Position numbers and translations under genes: made by a program. The notes under the pieces were generated by a model that was not told where the DNA came from, did not search any database, and worked only from the letters and a program-made list of their open reading frames with translations. From Gammaproteobacteria bacterium (lineage in GTDB: Bacteria > Pseudomonadota > Gammaproteobacteria > Magnimaribacterales > TMED112), in contig JBJLJD010000002.1 in assembly GCA_045563435.1 (NCBI GenBank), positions 17,992 to 81,991 of the forward strand: a stretch of DNA of 64,000 nt, given 5' to 3'. Every line of letters begins with the position of its first letter. Positions within the stretch are counted from its first letter, which is position 1. Shown piece after piece: positions 15,143 through 25,414 of this stretch.

Positions 15143-16720
15143 ATGAGTGCAGTAATTGAAAATCACGATCACGACCATCATGGACCTCAAAAAGGGATCT
15201 TAAGATGGCTTTTCACAACCAACCATAAAGATATTGGAACACTTTATCTGTGGTTTAGTTTTCTTATGTTTTTAACAGGTGGTGCAATGGCTATGGGGAT
15301 AAGAGCGGAGCTATTTGAACCAGGATTACAGCTTATGGATCCCATAAGATATAACCAACTAGTTACTATGCATGGACTAATAATGATATTTGGTGCAGTG
15401 ATGCCAGCATTTGTGGGTTTAGCAAACTGGCTTATTCCTATGCAAATTGGAGCACCAGATATGGCGTTGCCACGAATGAATAATCTAAGTTTTTGGCTAC
15501 TTCCTTCAGCATTTATAATTCTTCTTTCAACTGCTTTTATGGAGGGAGGCTTGCCTGGTTTTGGTTGGACCTTCTACGCACCTTTATCAACAAATTACCC
15601 TAATATTGCTTACTTTGTGTTTGCTGTTCACATAATGGGAATTTCTTCAATAATGGGTTCAATTAATGTAATTGTCACAATTATGAATATGAGAGCGCCT
15701 GGTATGACATTAATGCAAATGCCGTTGTTTGTGTGGTCTTGGTTAATAACTGCATATTTGCTTATTGCTGTTATGCCAGTCCTAGCTGGTGCAGTGACAA
15801 TGCTATTAATGGATGCATATTTTGGAACATCATTCTTTGATGCTGCAGGTGGTGGAGACCCAGTTTTATTTCAGCATGTCTTCTGGTTTTTTGGCCATCC
15901 TGAAGTTTATATTATGATTCTCCCTGCATTTGGAATAACTTCTCATATTATTTCAACTTTCTCAAGAAAACCTCTGTTTGGACATTCGTCTATGGTTTAT
16001 GCAATGGTTTCAATTGCTGTACTATCGTTTGTTGTCTGGGCTCACCATATGTTTACTGTTGGAATGCCACTCGCTGCTGAATTATTTTTTATGTGGGCGA
16101 CAATGATAATTGCTATTCCTACTGGTGTTAAAGTTTTTAACTGGGTTGCAACTATTTTTAAAGGATCAATAACATATGAAACACCAATGCTATTTGCAAT
16201 AGCTTTTGTTGTTTTATTTACGATTGGTGGTCTATCTGGCATCATGTTAGCGATCACACCTGCTGATTTTCAATATCATGATACTTATTTTGTTGTAGCA
16301 CACTTTCATTATGTGTTGGTACCAGGTGCTATTTTCTCAATAATGGCTGCTGTATATTATTGGCTTCCAAAATGGACTGGAAATATGTACGACGAGAAAA
16401 TGGGCAAGCTTCATTTTTGGCTATCATTTATTGGTGTTAATGTAACTTTCTTTCCACAACACTTTGTAGGTTTGGCTGGGATGCCAAGAAGATATGCTGA
16501 CTACGCTTTACAGTTCGCAGAATGGAATGCAGTTTCATCGATTGGAGCATTTCTATTTGGTTTGTCACAGCTGCTTTTCCTATACATTGTTATTAAGGCT
16601 GTTTTTGCGGGTAAAAAAGCAACTGCACAGGTTTGGGATGGCGCGGAAGGATTAGAGTGGACTGTAGATTCTCCAGCTCCGTATCATACATTTGAAACCC
16701 CACCAAAAGTAAATGGCTAA
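15143..16720 (+). CDS. coxA: Cytochrome c oxidase subunit I (aa3 type)
   Basis: [18 protein letters not shown] and [10 protein letters not shown]. 525-aa polytopic protein. AGGAG Shine-Dalgarno sequence upstream. Confidence 0.96.
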   Translation: MSAVIENHDHDHHGPQKGILRWLFTTNHKDIGTLYLWFSFLMFLTGGAMAMGIRAELFEPGLQLMDPIRYNQLVTMHGLIMIFGAVMPAFVGLANWLIPMQIGAPDMALPRMNNLSFWLLPSAFIILLSTAFMEGGLPGFGWTFYAPLSTNYPNIAYFVFAVHIMGISSIMGSINVIVTIMNMRAPGMTLMQMPLFVWSWLITAYLLIAVMPVLAGAVTMLLMDAYFGTSFFDAAGGGDPVLFQHVFWFFGHPEVYIMILPAFGITSHIISTFSRKPLFGHSSMVYAMVSIAVLSFVVWAHHMFTVGMPLAAELFFMWATMIIAIPTGVKVFNWVATIFKGSITYETPMLFAIAFVVLFTIGGLSGIMLAITPADFQYHDTYFVVAHFHYVLVPGAIFSIMAAVYYWLPKWTGNMYDEKMGKLHFWLSFIGVNVTFFPQHFVGLAGMPRRYADYALQFAEWNAVSSIGAFLFGLSQLLFLYIVIKAVFAGKKATAQVWDGAEGLEWTVDSPAPYHTFETPPKVNG

Positions 16721-17273
16721 GAATAATTTTTCAAGCAGAATATTTCTTTACTTAGTTTCAGCTGTAATTTTTATGTTCTTTTTTTCTTTTATGCTGGTGC
16801 CTCTTTACAATGTCTTTTGTGAGATCACAGGTCTAAATGGAAAAATATATGGTCCATCATCTTTTTTTGTAAAAGATGAAGAAGAAAAAAAAGATTCAAG
16901 GGAAATAAGAATAAAGTTTTTAAGTCAAGTTAATGAATCAGCGCCAGTCAATTTCTTCCCTTCCTCTAATGAGGTAAGGGTGTGGACTGATAAGGTGAGC
17001 AAAACATCATATATTGCAGAAAACACTACTGATAAACAATTAACTTTAACTATAATTCCATCGGTTTCACCTGGTTTAGCTGCAGATAATGTAAAAAAAA
17101 TTCAATGTTTTTGTTTTGAAGAACAGGTTCTAATGCCTTATGAGAGGCAAGAATGGCCAGTTAGATTTTATGTAAGTTCCGAAGTAGGAGATAACGTAAA
17201 TGATATATATCTATCCTATACACTCTTTGAAACAGATCGTGTTTTAACAGACAATATGAATCATGGAAAGTAA
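16713..17273 (+). CDS. ctaG: Cytochrome c oxidase assembly protein CtaG/Cox11
   Basis: [14 protein letters not shown] signature after an N-terminal TM helix. Lies between coxA and coxC. Confidence 0.9.
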   Translation: MAKNNFSSRIFLYLVSAVIFMFFFSFMLVPLYNVFCEITGLNGKIYGPSSFFVKDEEEKKDSREIRIKFLSQVNESAPVNFFPSSNEVRVWTDKVSKTSYIAENTTDKQLTLTIIPSVSPGLAADNVKKIQCFCFEEQVLMPYERQEWPVRFYVSSEVGDNVNDIYLSYTLFETDRVLTDNMNHGK

Positions 17274-18183
17274 GACTGACAATTTTCAAAAATATTATGT
17301 TCCTGAGAAAAGTGCTATTCCAATAATTTTTGCGGTTTCTGTTTTTTTTGCAGGGTTTGGCGCTGCTAACGCAATTACTGGTAATGGTTCTACAATGCTC
17401 CTTCTTGGTCTGCTGGCTGTAATTATTACTATGTCTTTTTGGTTTTCAGTTGTTATGAAAGAGTCAAAAGCTGGTTTGGATACACCCCAGTTAAATAATT
17501 CTTATGTATTTGGAATGGGTTGGTTTATTTTTTCAGAGGTAATGTTTTTCTTCGCTTTTTTCGGTGCATTATTCTATATAAGACAATTTGCAGTACCATG
17601 GCTTGGTGGTGAGGGAGAAAAAGGTCTTGCTGGAGAATTATTATGGCCGGAATTTGAGGCGACATGGCCACCTATGATAACTCCTGAGCAAAGCATTATG
17701 GGCGATCAAGCAGTTACAAAAGGTCCTGATGAATCTATGTATCTGCACGGAATAAGTGGAATGATTAAGTGGCTTCCATTATGGAATACAATCGTTCTTC
17801 TTAGTTCAAGTGGAACAGTTCACTTTGCACACATGGCACTTAAAGAAAACAATAGAAAAAGATTTAACTTTTGGTTAGGAATTACTGTGTGCTTAGCATT
17901 TATTTTTGTAATTCTTCAAGCAGCAGAATACTACGAGGCTTATGCTCATCTTGGATTAACTTTAAATTCTGGTGTGTATGGAACAACCTTTTTTATGCTT
18001 ACTGGATTTCATGGTATGCATGTCTTAATCGGTGGGATTTTTCTTTTAACACAGCTATTTAGATCAACAGGATTTAAGCATTTTACAGAAAAAGAACATT
18101 TTGGCTTTGAAGCAGCTTCTTGGTATTGGCATTTTGTTGATGTGGTCTGGGTTTGCCTATTTTTATTCGTTTATATTATTTAA
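17263..18183 (+). CDS. coxC: Cytochrome c oxidase subunit III
   Basis: LTGFHGMHVLIGG and WYWHFVDVVW motifs. Confidence 0.93.
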   Translation: MESKTDNFQKYYVPEKSAIPIIFAVSVFFAGFGAANAITGNGSTMLLLGLLAVIITMSFWFSVVMKESKAGLDTPQLNNSYVFGMGWFIFSEVMFFFAFFGALFYIRQFAVPWLGGEGEKGLAGELLWPEFEATWPPMITPEQSIMGDQAVTKGPDESMYLHGISGMIKWLPLWNTIVLLSSSGTVHFAHMALKENNRKRFNFWLGITVCLAFIFVILQAAEYYEAYAHLGLTLNSGVYGTTFFMLTGFHGMHVLIGGIFLLTQLFRSTGFKHFTEKEHFGFEAASWYWHFVDVVWVCLFLFVYII

Positions 18184-18392
18184 CCCCAAGGCGCATTATT
18201 GCCCAGTTGACCTGTAAAAATCCCGTAAGTTATGAGTATTAATATGATGGCACCAAGAGTCACTCTAAACCCAAGTCCATACATTATGCGTTTTTTTTTA
18301 GGATTACCTTTATCTAAAAAAAGAAAAACAAGACTCGAGAAGAGGCTTATTATTACAAGAACAACTAGTATGATTATTACAGTTTTAAGCAC
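18180..18392 (-). CDS. Twin-transmembrane-helix small protein (DUF2909/HIG1-like)
   Basis: 70 aa with two hydrophobic helices separated by a basic loop (KGNPKKKR). A gene of this type sits antisense between coxC and SURF1 in gammaproteobacterial cox clusters (from memory). Confidence 0.55.
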   Translation of the reverse strand: MLKTVIIILVVLVIISLFSSLVFLFLDKGNPKKKRIMYGLGFRVTLGAIILILITYGIFTGQLGNNAPWG

Positions 18393-18408
18393 ACTACCAT
18401 TTTAACAG

Positions 18409-19095
18409 ATGCATAAATTTAAATTCAGAATATTATTCTTTTCTTTAGTTTTTTTCCCTATCACAATTTTACTTGGAATTTGGCAGATAAATAGAGCTGA
18501 CGAAAAAAATAACATCATGGATCAATACGCAGAGCTTATTAAAAAACCACCAATTCAATTGATAAATTCTTCCCAATATAGGAATTGGGAGCCGGTATAC
18601 GGTGAGGGCTTTTATCTAGATGAGATTATTTATGAGGATAATGCGATAAATAATGGCAAGGCCGGATATAAGGTTTACCATTTATTCGAATTAGTTACTG
18701 GAGAAAATATATTTGTTAACAGAGGATTTATCGAGAGAAAACCATTGAAGAATGACCTTCCAGAAGTTTTTGTACCTGAAGGGTTTTTCTTTATACAAGG
18801 CAATGTAATGCTTAAGCATAAGAATGCCTTTGCTAAAGAAATAAATGAAAGTGATTCAAGAATTATTCAAGAATTTAATCTTGCAAATATTAAACGCAAA
18901 AGAGGACTAGAGGATAAAGAAATTTATGATTTCTTGTTTAATTTAGCTCCATCAGACCCATTTAAACTTGTACCAATTGAAAAGCCAATAAGTATGAGTG
19001 CGAGTAAACACATAGGATATGCAATTCAATGGTTTGGCTTAAGTGTTGTTCTAGTTGTTATGACACTAATTGCATTTTTAAAAAAGAATGAATAA
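18409..19095 (+). CDS. SURF1-family cytochrome oxidase biogenesis protein
   Basis: N-terminal TM helix followed by LLGIWQINRADEK, plus a C-terminal TM helix after YAIQWFGLS. Located in the cox cluster. Confidence 0.85.
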   Translation: MHKFKFRILFFSLVFFPITILLGIWQINRADEKNNIMDQYAELIKKPPIQLINSSQYRNWEPVYGEGFYLDEIIYEDNAINNGKAGYKVYHLFELVTGENIFVNRGFIERKPLKNDLPEVFVPEGFFFIQGNVMLKHKNAFAKEINESDSRIIQEFNLANIKRKRGLEDKEIYDFLFNLAPSDPFKLVPIEKPISMSASKHIGYAIQWFGLSVVLVVMTLIAFLKKNE

Positions 19096-19645
19096 AGGAG
19101 TAGGTTTAGCATTAGTTATTTTAATTACCCCATTGGTGGTAATTACTGCTTCTACTCTTACTTTTTACTTGGGCTATAAACCTACAAGCACGTCAAACAA
19201 TGGGGAATTAGTTGTACCTCCCCTCGAAACTAATCTTTTTAAACTCAAGAATATTAATGGAGACTCTTTCAATTTTAGAAAAGGAAAATGGTACTTAGTT
19301 TATTTTGATAACTTTGATAATTTAGAAGCCTCAGAAGAAAAATTAAAATTTACCTTCAGTATCAATACAACTCTTGGAAGAAAAATGAACAGACTTAAAA
19401 GAGTTGTTGTATTAAAAGAAGACTTCAATTCCGAACCAATTAATAAATTATCTGCAAAATTTCCAAATGTTTTTTTTGTTAAAGATATAGATCGAGAATT
19501 TGAAAATTTGCTTTTGAATGTTGGTAAAAATCCTTTCGAAAATCAATCTCTATTTTTATTAGATGATTTCTCCTTTGTAATGGAAGAGTTTAATAATGAG
19601 CTCGATTTTAAAGAGGTTTTTGAGGACATAAAAACTTTATTATGA
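19088..19645 (+). CDS. Membrane-anchored SCO1-like protein lacking the Cu-binding Cys and His residues
   Basis: GKWYLVYFDNFDNLEA aligns by eye with the SCO1 block INFIYFGYTTCPTECP from the gene at 21471, and NQSLFLLDDFSFVMEEF aligns with NHLVLLDNDANIMGIF. The whole protein contains no Cys and no His. Confidence 0.5.
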   Translation: MNKGVGLALVILITPLVVITASTLTFYLGYKPTSTSNNGELVVPPLETNLFKLKNINGDSFNFRKGKWYLVYFDNFDNLEASEEKLKFTFSINTTLGRKMNRLKRVVVLKEDFNSEPINKLSAKFPNVFFVKDIDREFENLLLNVGKNPFENQSLFLLDDFSFVMEEFNNELDFKEVFEDIKTLL

Positions 19646-20625
19646 ATATTCTTACAACAAAAATTTTATCAATTTTAGGAGTTTTTCTTGCATTTATTGT
19701 TATTGGTCTTGGAGCCTGGACGCGTTTAGCAGATGCTGGACTTGGCTGTCCTGATTGGCCTGGATGTTATGGATTTATTACTTTTCCAACCACTAGCCAG
19801 GAAATTGAAATGGCAGAACAATTGTATCCGGACTCTCCTGTTGAAATTGACAAAATAATTCCTGAAGTAGTGCATAGATATTTTGCTGCCTCTCTGGGCC
19901 TTCTCGCTATTTTTCTACTATTTATATCTATTAAAGAAAAAAGACATATCCTTACTTCATCCCTGTTGCTTGCAATAATCATAGGCCAAGGAATATTTGG
20001 TTACCTAACAGTGAGCTTAAAACTACATCCTTTAATAGTCACCACACATCTCTTTGGAGCAATGATAACTACATCAATTTTTCTTGTTATTTTTTTAAGA
20101 TCACTCAAACTGCAACACAACTTCGAAATTCTCAAAATAAACAGACATTTAATAATAATTGGTTTTGTTTTAATTATTTTTCAAATTTTTTTAGGAGCAT
20201 GGACATCAACAAATTATGCTGCAAGAGCCTGTTTAGACCTACCATATTGCCAAGGTGAATTAATACCTAATACAAATTTCACAGAAGCTTTTAATCTTTT
20301 TCAAACTATAGGTCCTAATTACTTGTTCGGACAGATGAGTAATGAAGCTAGGGTTGCAATTCACATTACACATAGAATTGGCGCAGTAGTTGTATTTTTA
20401 TACTCTCTTTTTCTTATATTTAAGTTGAAATCAAAAGAAACCTTACCCTTGATAGGAGCTTTTGGTGCAATTCTTTTTCTTCAAGTTTTCTTGGGTATAA
20501 ATAATGTTTTGAGCCATTTACCCTTGTGGAATGCAGTAGCCCATAATATTTTTGGCGTTATGTTGTTTCTGTGCATGATTGTTATTATGTATTTGAGTTA
20601 TAGAAAAGTTGATGCAGCTGAATAA
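19642..20625 (+). CDS. ctaA: Heme A synthase (COX15/CtaA)
   Basis: GLGCPDWPGCYG motif. Polytopic, with conserved His residues in TM helices. Located in the cox cluster. Confidence 0.9.
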   Translation: MNILTTKILSILGVFLAFIVIGLGAWTRLADAGLGCPDWPGCYGFITFPTTSQEIEMAEQLYPDSPVEIDKIIPEVVHRYFAASLGLLAIFLLFISIKEKRHILTSSLLLAIIIGQGIFGYLTVSLKLHPLIVTTHLFGAMITTSIFLVIFLRSLKLQHNFEILKINRHLIIIGFVLIIFQIFLGAWTSTNYAARACLDLPYCQGELIPNTNFTEAFNLFQTIGPNYLFGQMSNEARVAIHITHRIGAVVVFLYSLFLIFKLKSKETLPLIGAFGAILFLQVFLGINNVLSHLPLWNAVAHNIFGVMLFLCMIVIMYLSYRKVDAAE

Positions 20626-21478
20626 ATATCTTGATCTTTGCAAACCAAAGATAGTTCTTCTTTTAACACTAACAGCATTAGTGGGGATGATGCTTTCAAC
20701 AAATTTCTATAGTAATGTCATTTCAGGTCTTGCGAGTTTACTTGGATTTGCATTCCTAGCAGCCTCATCAGCAGCTTTAAATCAAATTTTTGATAAAGAA
20801 ACTGATAAAAATATGCAGAGGACAAAAAATAGACCTCTAGCATCAGGAAACATCACTTTGTTAAATGCTTTAATTTTTACTTCTATACTTTTATTTCTTG
20901 GTTCATCTCTCTTGCTCTATTTCTCAAATATTTTGACATTATTAATAACTACTTTCGGATTCATTTTTTATAGTCTGATTTACACAATTTATTTGAAATG
21001 GGCGACTCCGCAAAATATTGTTATAGGAGGATTATCAGGTGCGTTACCTCCATTAATAGGATGGACGGCAGTGACAAATGAAATTTCATTACTACCACTA
21101 ACACTCGTTTTAATTATTTTTCTTTGGACTCCTCCTCACTTTTGGCCTCTAGCAATAGATCGAATTGATGAATACAAAAAAGAGGGTGTTCCAATGATGC
21201 CAATTGCTAAAGGTGTGGCAAGAACAAAAGTTGAAATGGTAATTTACGCTGTTCTATTATTTGGTGCTTCGCTTGCTCCATTTCTTTATGGCCTTACTGG
21301 AATTTTTTATATAGTTTCTACATCTTTATTGAACATTTATTTCATTTATTTATGTGTTGCGTATCTTAATGATCGAGAAAATATGCTTTCTATGAAAATT
21401 TTTAATTTTTCTGTTAAATATATGTTTTTGTTTTTTTTAGCAACTTATATCGACTTCTTATTAATCCTGTATGTCTAA
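20609..21478 (+). CDS. cyoE: Protoheme IX farnesyltransferase (heme O synthase)
   Basis: UbiA-family motif NQIFDKETDKNMQRTKNRPLASG. Polytopic. Follows ctaA. Confidence 0.92.
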   Translation: MMQLNKYLDLCKPKIVLLLTLTALVGMMLSTNFYSNVISGLASLLGFAFLAASSAALNQIFDKETDKNMQRTKNRPLASGNITLLNALIFTSILLFLGSSLLLYFSNILTLLITTFGFIFYSLIYTIYLKWATPQNIVIGGLSGALPPLIGWTAVTNEISLLPLTLVLIIFLWTPPHFWPLAIDRIDEYKKEGVPMMPIAKGVARTKVEMVIYAVLLFGASLAPFLYGLTGIFYIVSTSLLNIYFIYLCVAYLNDRENMLSMKIFNFSVKYMFLFFLATYIDFLLILYV

Positions 21479-22094
21479 AAATAAACTTACAATTTTATTA
21501 TTTGCTATTGTTATTGCACTAACCTCTTATTCATTTTGGCGAATAAGTATACCTAGAGTGCTATCTATCGAAGAGATGAAGGTAAATGGTTTCTACAAGT
21601 ATGGCGATTCACAAGAAGTTAGAGAATTTATGTTAAAGGATCATGATAATAATATTTTTACTAAAGAAAATTTACGAGAGCATGACATAAACTTTATATA
21701 TTTTGGATACACCACATGTCCAACTGAGTGTCCGGTAATGATGTCTGTTATGAGACAGCTTTTCGAAAAAATTGATACAGATGAAATTGCATTTTATTTA
21801 ATAAGTTTCGATCCGGAAATTGACACCATTGAGAGACTAAAGAAGTATGTAACTGCTTTTAATGATGATTTTATAGGAGTATCTGGTGAGCAGTCTGAAG
21901 TTTTGAAATTAGGCTACCAGCTCGGAATAGAAAAATTAGAACCCGTCCAAAATCATATGAGTCAAAGAGTAATTTCACACACCAATCATTTAGTTCTTCT
22001 AGATAATGATGCAAATATTATGGGAATATTTAAGGGGCCATTTGATAGCAGAGCCATGTCGTTAGTAACAAAGTCTTTGTTACAGACAAATTAA
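21471..22094 (+). CDS. SCO1/SenC copper chaperone
   Basis: FGYTTCPTECP (CxxxC) plus a downstream conserved His (ISHTNHLVLLD). N-terminal anchor. Confidence 0.88.
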   Translation: MSKNKLTILLFAIVIALTSYSFWRISIPRVLSIEEMKVNGFYKYGDSQEVREFMLKDHDNNIFTKENLREHDINFIYFGYTTCPTECPVMMSVMRQLFEKIDTDEIAFYLISFDPEIDTIERLKKYVTAFNDDFIGVSGEQSEVLKLGYQLGIEKLEPVQNHMSQRVISHTNHLVLLDNDANIMGIFKGPFDSRAMSLVTKSLLQTN

Positions 22095-22165
22095 ATTCAC
22101 AGTAAATTCACGTTAATAACCTTAAAATTTTTAAAAATAGTTTTATTATTGAATATGGAGGAAAT

Positions 22166-22882
22166 ATGAGAATTATTTATTTATTTATTTTATCTTTTAC
22201 TCTTTTTCCACTTTTGGCTGATGATCATAAAGTTATGCCTGGTGGTGAGGTAGGAGAATTTCACTATATAAAAGCAAAGAATCCATTAGCAATTGTTGCA
22301 GCAACTGATAAGTTCATTTCTTCTGATTGCGGCCAAAAATGGCAAGCAAAATCAAGAGGGTTAGTGTTAATGCAGTTGGATGGCTCAGGCATGTCACACT
22401 TTTTTTATTCAGGCTTTGATGACTATGAAAGCATGAATGAAGCAATTCAATTAGCAAATAGTTGTGCTGCAGGTCTAGAATTTGTTCAGGCAATTGGTGA
22501 CGCCTCACATGGAGAATATTATTTCAATAGAATTGGCGAACTTTCACTTCAAAAAGGTGATTGGACAAAAGATAGCGTTTTCTTAAAGTATGACCTTTTT
22601 GTTGATCCAATGAAAAGGGGCGATTATGCAAAGGCTTGGAGTTCATTAGTTGAAAGCCAAGAAACTCCTGGCTCGTCAGGGCTTGTGACTCATGTTACTG
22701 GTAACGGTCGTGTATCACATTTTGCATTTAATGGTGGTCCTTCAATGCCAGAATTGATGTCAGGGTCAGAAGATACATTTAGCAGCAAAGAGTTTCTGGA
22801 ATTTGCAGCTGAAGTTGATGAATACAGAACTGTTGTTAATGTAATGATGGTTACCCCCATAAAAGCTTGGGTTAAAGAGTAA
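22166..22882 (+). CDS. Secreted protein of unknown function with an internal two-fold duplication
   Basis: Signal peptide MRIIYLFILSFTLFPLLA. GGAGG Shine-Dalgarno sequence 6 nt upstream. Has its own terminator. The halves share GLVLMQLDGSGMSHFFYSGF / GLVTHVTGNGRVSHFAFNGG and LEFVQAIGD / LEFAAEVDE. I do not recognise a family. Confidence 0.75.
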   Translation: MRIIYLFILSFTLFPLLADDHKVMPGGEVGEFHYIKAKNPLAIVAATDKFISSDCGQKWQAKSRGLVLMQLDGSGMSHFFYSGFDDYESMNEAIQLANSCAAGLEFVQAIGDASHGEYYFNRIGELSLQKGDWTKDSVFLKYDLFVDPMKRGDYAKAWSSLVESQETPGSSGLVTHVTGNGRVSHFAFNGGPSMPELMSGSEDTFSSKEFLEFAAEVDEYRTVVNVMMVTPIKAWVKE

Positions 22883-22887
22883 ATCTT

Positions 22888-22914
22888 AAAAGGCCCTGTT
22901 TAAAAGGGCCTTTT
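22888..22914. terminator. Bidirectional rho-independent terminator between convergent genes
   Basis: AAAAGGCCC (22888-22896) pairs perfectly with GGGCCTTTT (22906-22914) around a 9-nt loop. A/T runs on both sides. It overlaps the stop codon of the minus-strand qor-like gene. Confidence 0.8.
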
Positions 22915-23914
22915 ATTCATTTGTAAGAACTACTTTTCCTATTACACCTCTATTTCCAATAAGATTTATTGCTTCAACGGCTCTCTCCATTGGAAACGTT
23001 TTAGAAACTAGAGGTTTAATTTCACCATCTTTAAGCATTTGATTAATATCATTTAGATTTTTAGCATTTAAATCAGGTTCACGTCCAGTAAAAGAACCCC
23101 AAAAAACTCCAACTAATGAAGCCCCTTTCAAAAGTGAAAGATTTATAGGCAATTTAGGTATCTGTCCAGCTGCAAAACCAACCACTAAATACCTTCCCTT
23201 CCAACCAATGGACCTAAATGCTGGTTCCGTGTAGCAATCACCAATTGGGTCATAAATAATATCAAATCCACCTTTTAGACTTTTTGACTTTAATTCTGAT
23301 GATAGTGCTTTCGAATCATCTTTATCTTTGGGACCCTCTCCGTATATAACAACATCGGAAGCACCATAATCACGACAAATTTGAGCCTTTTCTTCATTTG
23401 ATACACCAGCTACAACCCTTGCTCCTTTCGCAACTGCGATATCTACAGCAGCTAATCCCACGCCACCAGATGCCCCTAATACTAGTAATTCATCATCTTT
23501 CTTGAGCTCACCTCTTTGCATAAGGGCATGATAGCTGGTTCCATATGCCATTTGATATGATGCAGCCATTTCAAAAGATGTGTCTTTTTCAATTGCAAAG
23601 GTACCAAGTTCATGCATACAAATTTCTTCAGCAAAAGCTCCATAAGCAGACATAAAATAAACACGATCACCTTCTTTGAATTTTGTTACATTTTTTCCAA
23701 TTTTTTTTATTACACCTGCTCCTTCATTCCCTGGTGCAAAAGGAAATTCAGGTTTAAATTGATAAAGGCCTTGAACAATTAAATAGTCGGGGAAATTAAG
23801 TGCTGCAGTCTTAACTGATATTAGTACCTCATCATCTCCGGGCTCAGGAGAGTCAATATTCTCCCAAACAAGATTTTCAACCGGACCGAATTCTTTACAA
23901 TGCAGAATTTTCAA
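22913..23914 (-). CDS. NADPH:quinone oxidoreductase / zinc-type alcohol dehydrogenase superfamily (MDR)
   Basis: MDR architecture with nucleotide loop VLGASGGVGLAAVDIA. 333 aa. Confidence 0.8.
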   Translation of the reverse strand: MKILHCKEFGPVENLVWENIDSPEPGDDEVLISVKTAALNFPDYLIVQGLYQFKPEFPFAPGNEGAGVIKKIGKNVTKFKEGDRVYFMSAYGAFAEEICMHELGTFAIEKDTSFEMAASYQMAYGTSYHALMQRGELKKDDELLVLGASGGVGLAAVDIAVAKGARVVAGVSNEEKAQICRDYGASDVVIYGEGPKDKDDSKALSSELKSKSLKGGFDIIYDPIGDCYTEPAFRSIGWKGRYLVVGFAAGQIPKLPINLSLLKGASLVGVFWGSFTGREPDLNAKNLNDINQMLKDGEIKPLVSKTFPMERAVEAINLIGNRGVIGKVVLTNE

Positions 23915-25398
23915 TTGATTTCCCCTCTATAGTTTTCTAAAAAAGTTTCAAAATCTATCTTATCGTTATTTTGCTGATCCAAGTATTCTTTTTTCGATGT
24001 TATAGCTTCTAAGGACATTTTTTTTAAAAATTCTTTAGAAAGATTTAAATTTTGTTTTTTTGATTTAGAGCTTATGAAATTCACGATTGAATTATTTGAT
24101 AAATCATCAATAATTTGCTTCGATAATGGCGCTTCATTTCTTCTATAAAATTCTTTAAACATATTTTTATGGTTCTCTTTTAAACCAATTGCATTTGATA
24201 GGCTTTCAAGTGATTCTAGAAATTCTTGTGTTAATACTTTAATGCTTTTTTCTGCATCACCCTTTTCAAAACTGCAAATTAAATTACAATCCTGACCAGA
24301 TTCAGAGGCTCGTCTTATATTTTCTTTGATCTTAATTTCTTCGATAGGATCGATTTTTTCATTACCACACAAAATGCAATATATTGTTAAAAGTTCTAGA
24401 AACTCTATTTCAATTTGTGAGATACCAAAAGGTGTATAAGGGTTTAAATCTATAGAGCGTAACTCGAGGTACTTTATTCCTCCTTTTTTTAATTGATTGT
24501 ATTGACGTTCATTCTTTGTAAACTCTCCTTTCGGTCTTATGTGGTTATAAAGTTCACTCTCCATTTGAATTGTCCCATTATTTATTTGTTTTGGATTTGT
24601 TAATTCAATTTCAATCTCTTTAAATCTTTTATTTGGAACATTTATGTAGTATTTAATTATTTCTAGATAATCTTTGAGCGAATTAAAATTGATGAATTTC
24701 TGTTCCTGTTCTTCTGAGTAATATCCTAATTTGCTCACTCTCAATGATGTGGCTTTAGGCAAAAAACAGTCGGTTCTATTGAGAAATTCAGCATTTATAT
24801 CTCTATCCTTAATAAAGGATTTATGAGCAACAGGTGATGCCCCTATAACTCTCAAAATTTGGGGAAAGATACGAAGAAAATTTCTGCACGCGCAGAGATA
24901 GATTTCGTCTTTATCTCCGCCAAGAGAATCTATCACAGAGCTAGAGAATGATATATTAAAGTGAATGCCTGCTGTACTTTGCATCTTATCTCCATATCTA
25001 TTTCTTAAACCTAATCTGTAAAGATAGGCCAATTTTGATTTATTTATATCTCCCGAAGGCGGTAGAGTAATGTATTTTTTCTTAAACTTTGGTGGCATTG
25101 AATAATTCCACAAAAAATCGTTTTCAATTTGTTGCTCTAAATACAAATGAAGATCTTTTAAAAATTGAAATAATTCTAAATTATCCTCAAAAGTAGGAGT
25201 AACAATTTCAAAGTGAGGCTCTGAATAATCGAGAGTGATATATTTGTTGAAATGATGACTGCCTATATTGCTAGGAAAATTTTTACCTGAAATTCTGCCT
25301 TCTTTGTCTGTTCGAAGATTTTCTTTTTCTAAGCCTTTATATGTTTTTTTATCAGATGCTAAGAAAGCTTTAACTTTATCTCGGTTGATTGCAACCAT
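23911..25398 (-). CDS. gshA: Glutamate--cysteine ligase (gammaproteobacterial GshA type)
   Basis: About 495 aa. N-terminal KGLEKENLR parallels E. coli GLERETLR at the same distance from the Met. I prefer the ATG at 25398 (MVAINRDK...) to the track start at 25434, which would overlap pckA. Confidence 0.85.
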   Translation of the reverse strand: MVAINRDKVKAFLASDKKTYKGLEKENLRTDKEGRISGKNFPSNIGSHHFNKYITLDYSEPHFEIVTPTFEDNLELFQFLKDLHLYLEQQIENDFLWNYSMPPKFKKKYITLPPSGDINKSKLAYLYRLGLRNRYGDKMQSTAGIHFNISFSSSVIDSLGGDKDEIYLCACRNFLRIFPQILRVIGASPVAHKSFIKDRDINAEFLNRTDCFLPKATSLRVSKLGYYSEEQEQKFINFNSLKDYLEIIKYYINVPNKRFKEIEIELTNPKQINNGTIQMESELYNHIRPKGEFTKNERQYNQLKKGGIKYLELRSIDLNPYTPFGISQIEIEFLELLTIYCILCGNEKIDPIEEIKIKENIRRASESGQDCNLICSFEKGDAEKSIKVLTQEFLESLESLSNAIGLKENHKNMFKEFYRRNEAPLSKQIIDDLSNNSIVNFISSKSKKQNLNLSKEFLKKMSLEAITSKKEYLDQQNNDKIDFETFLENYRGEIN

Positions 25399-25414
25399 GA
25401 AACAATAATACTTA

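Noticed and set aside
22096-22165. A short direct repeat (AAATTCAC twice) in the spacer between SCO1 and the secreted duplicated-domain gene.
   Set aside because: It is only two 8-nt copies in AT-rich DNA, with no promoter-like spacing that I could support. This is too weak to call a regulatory site.
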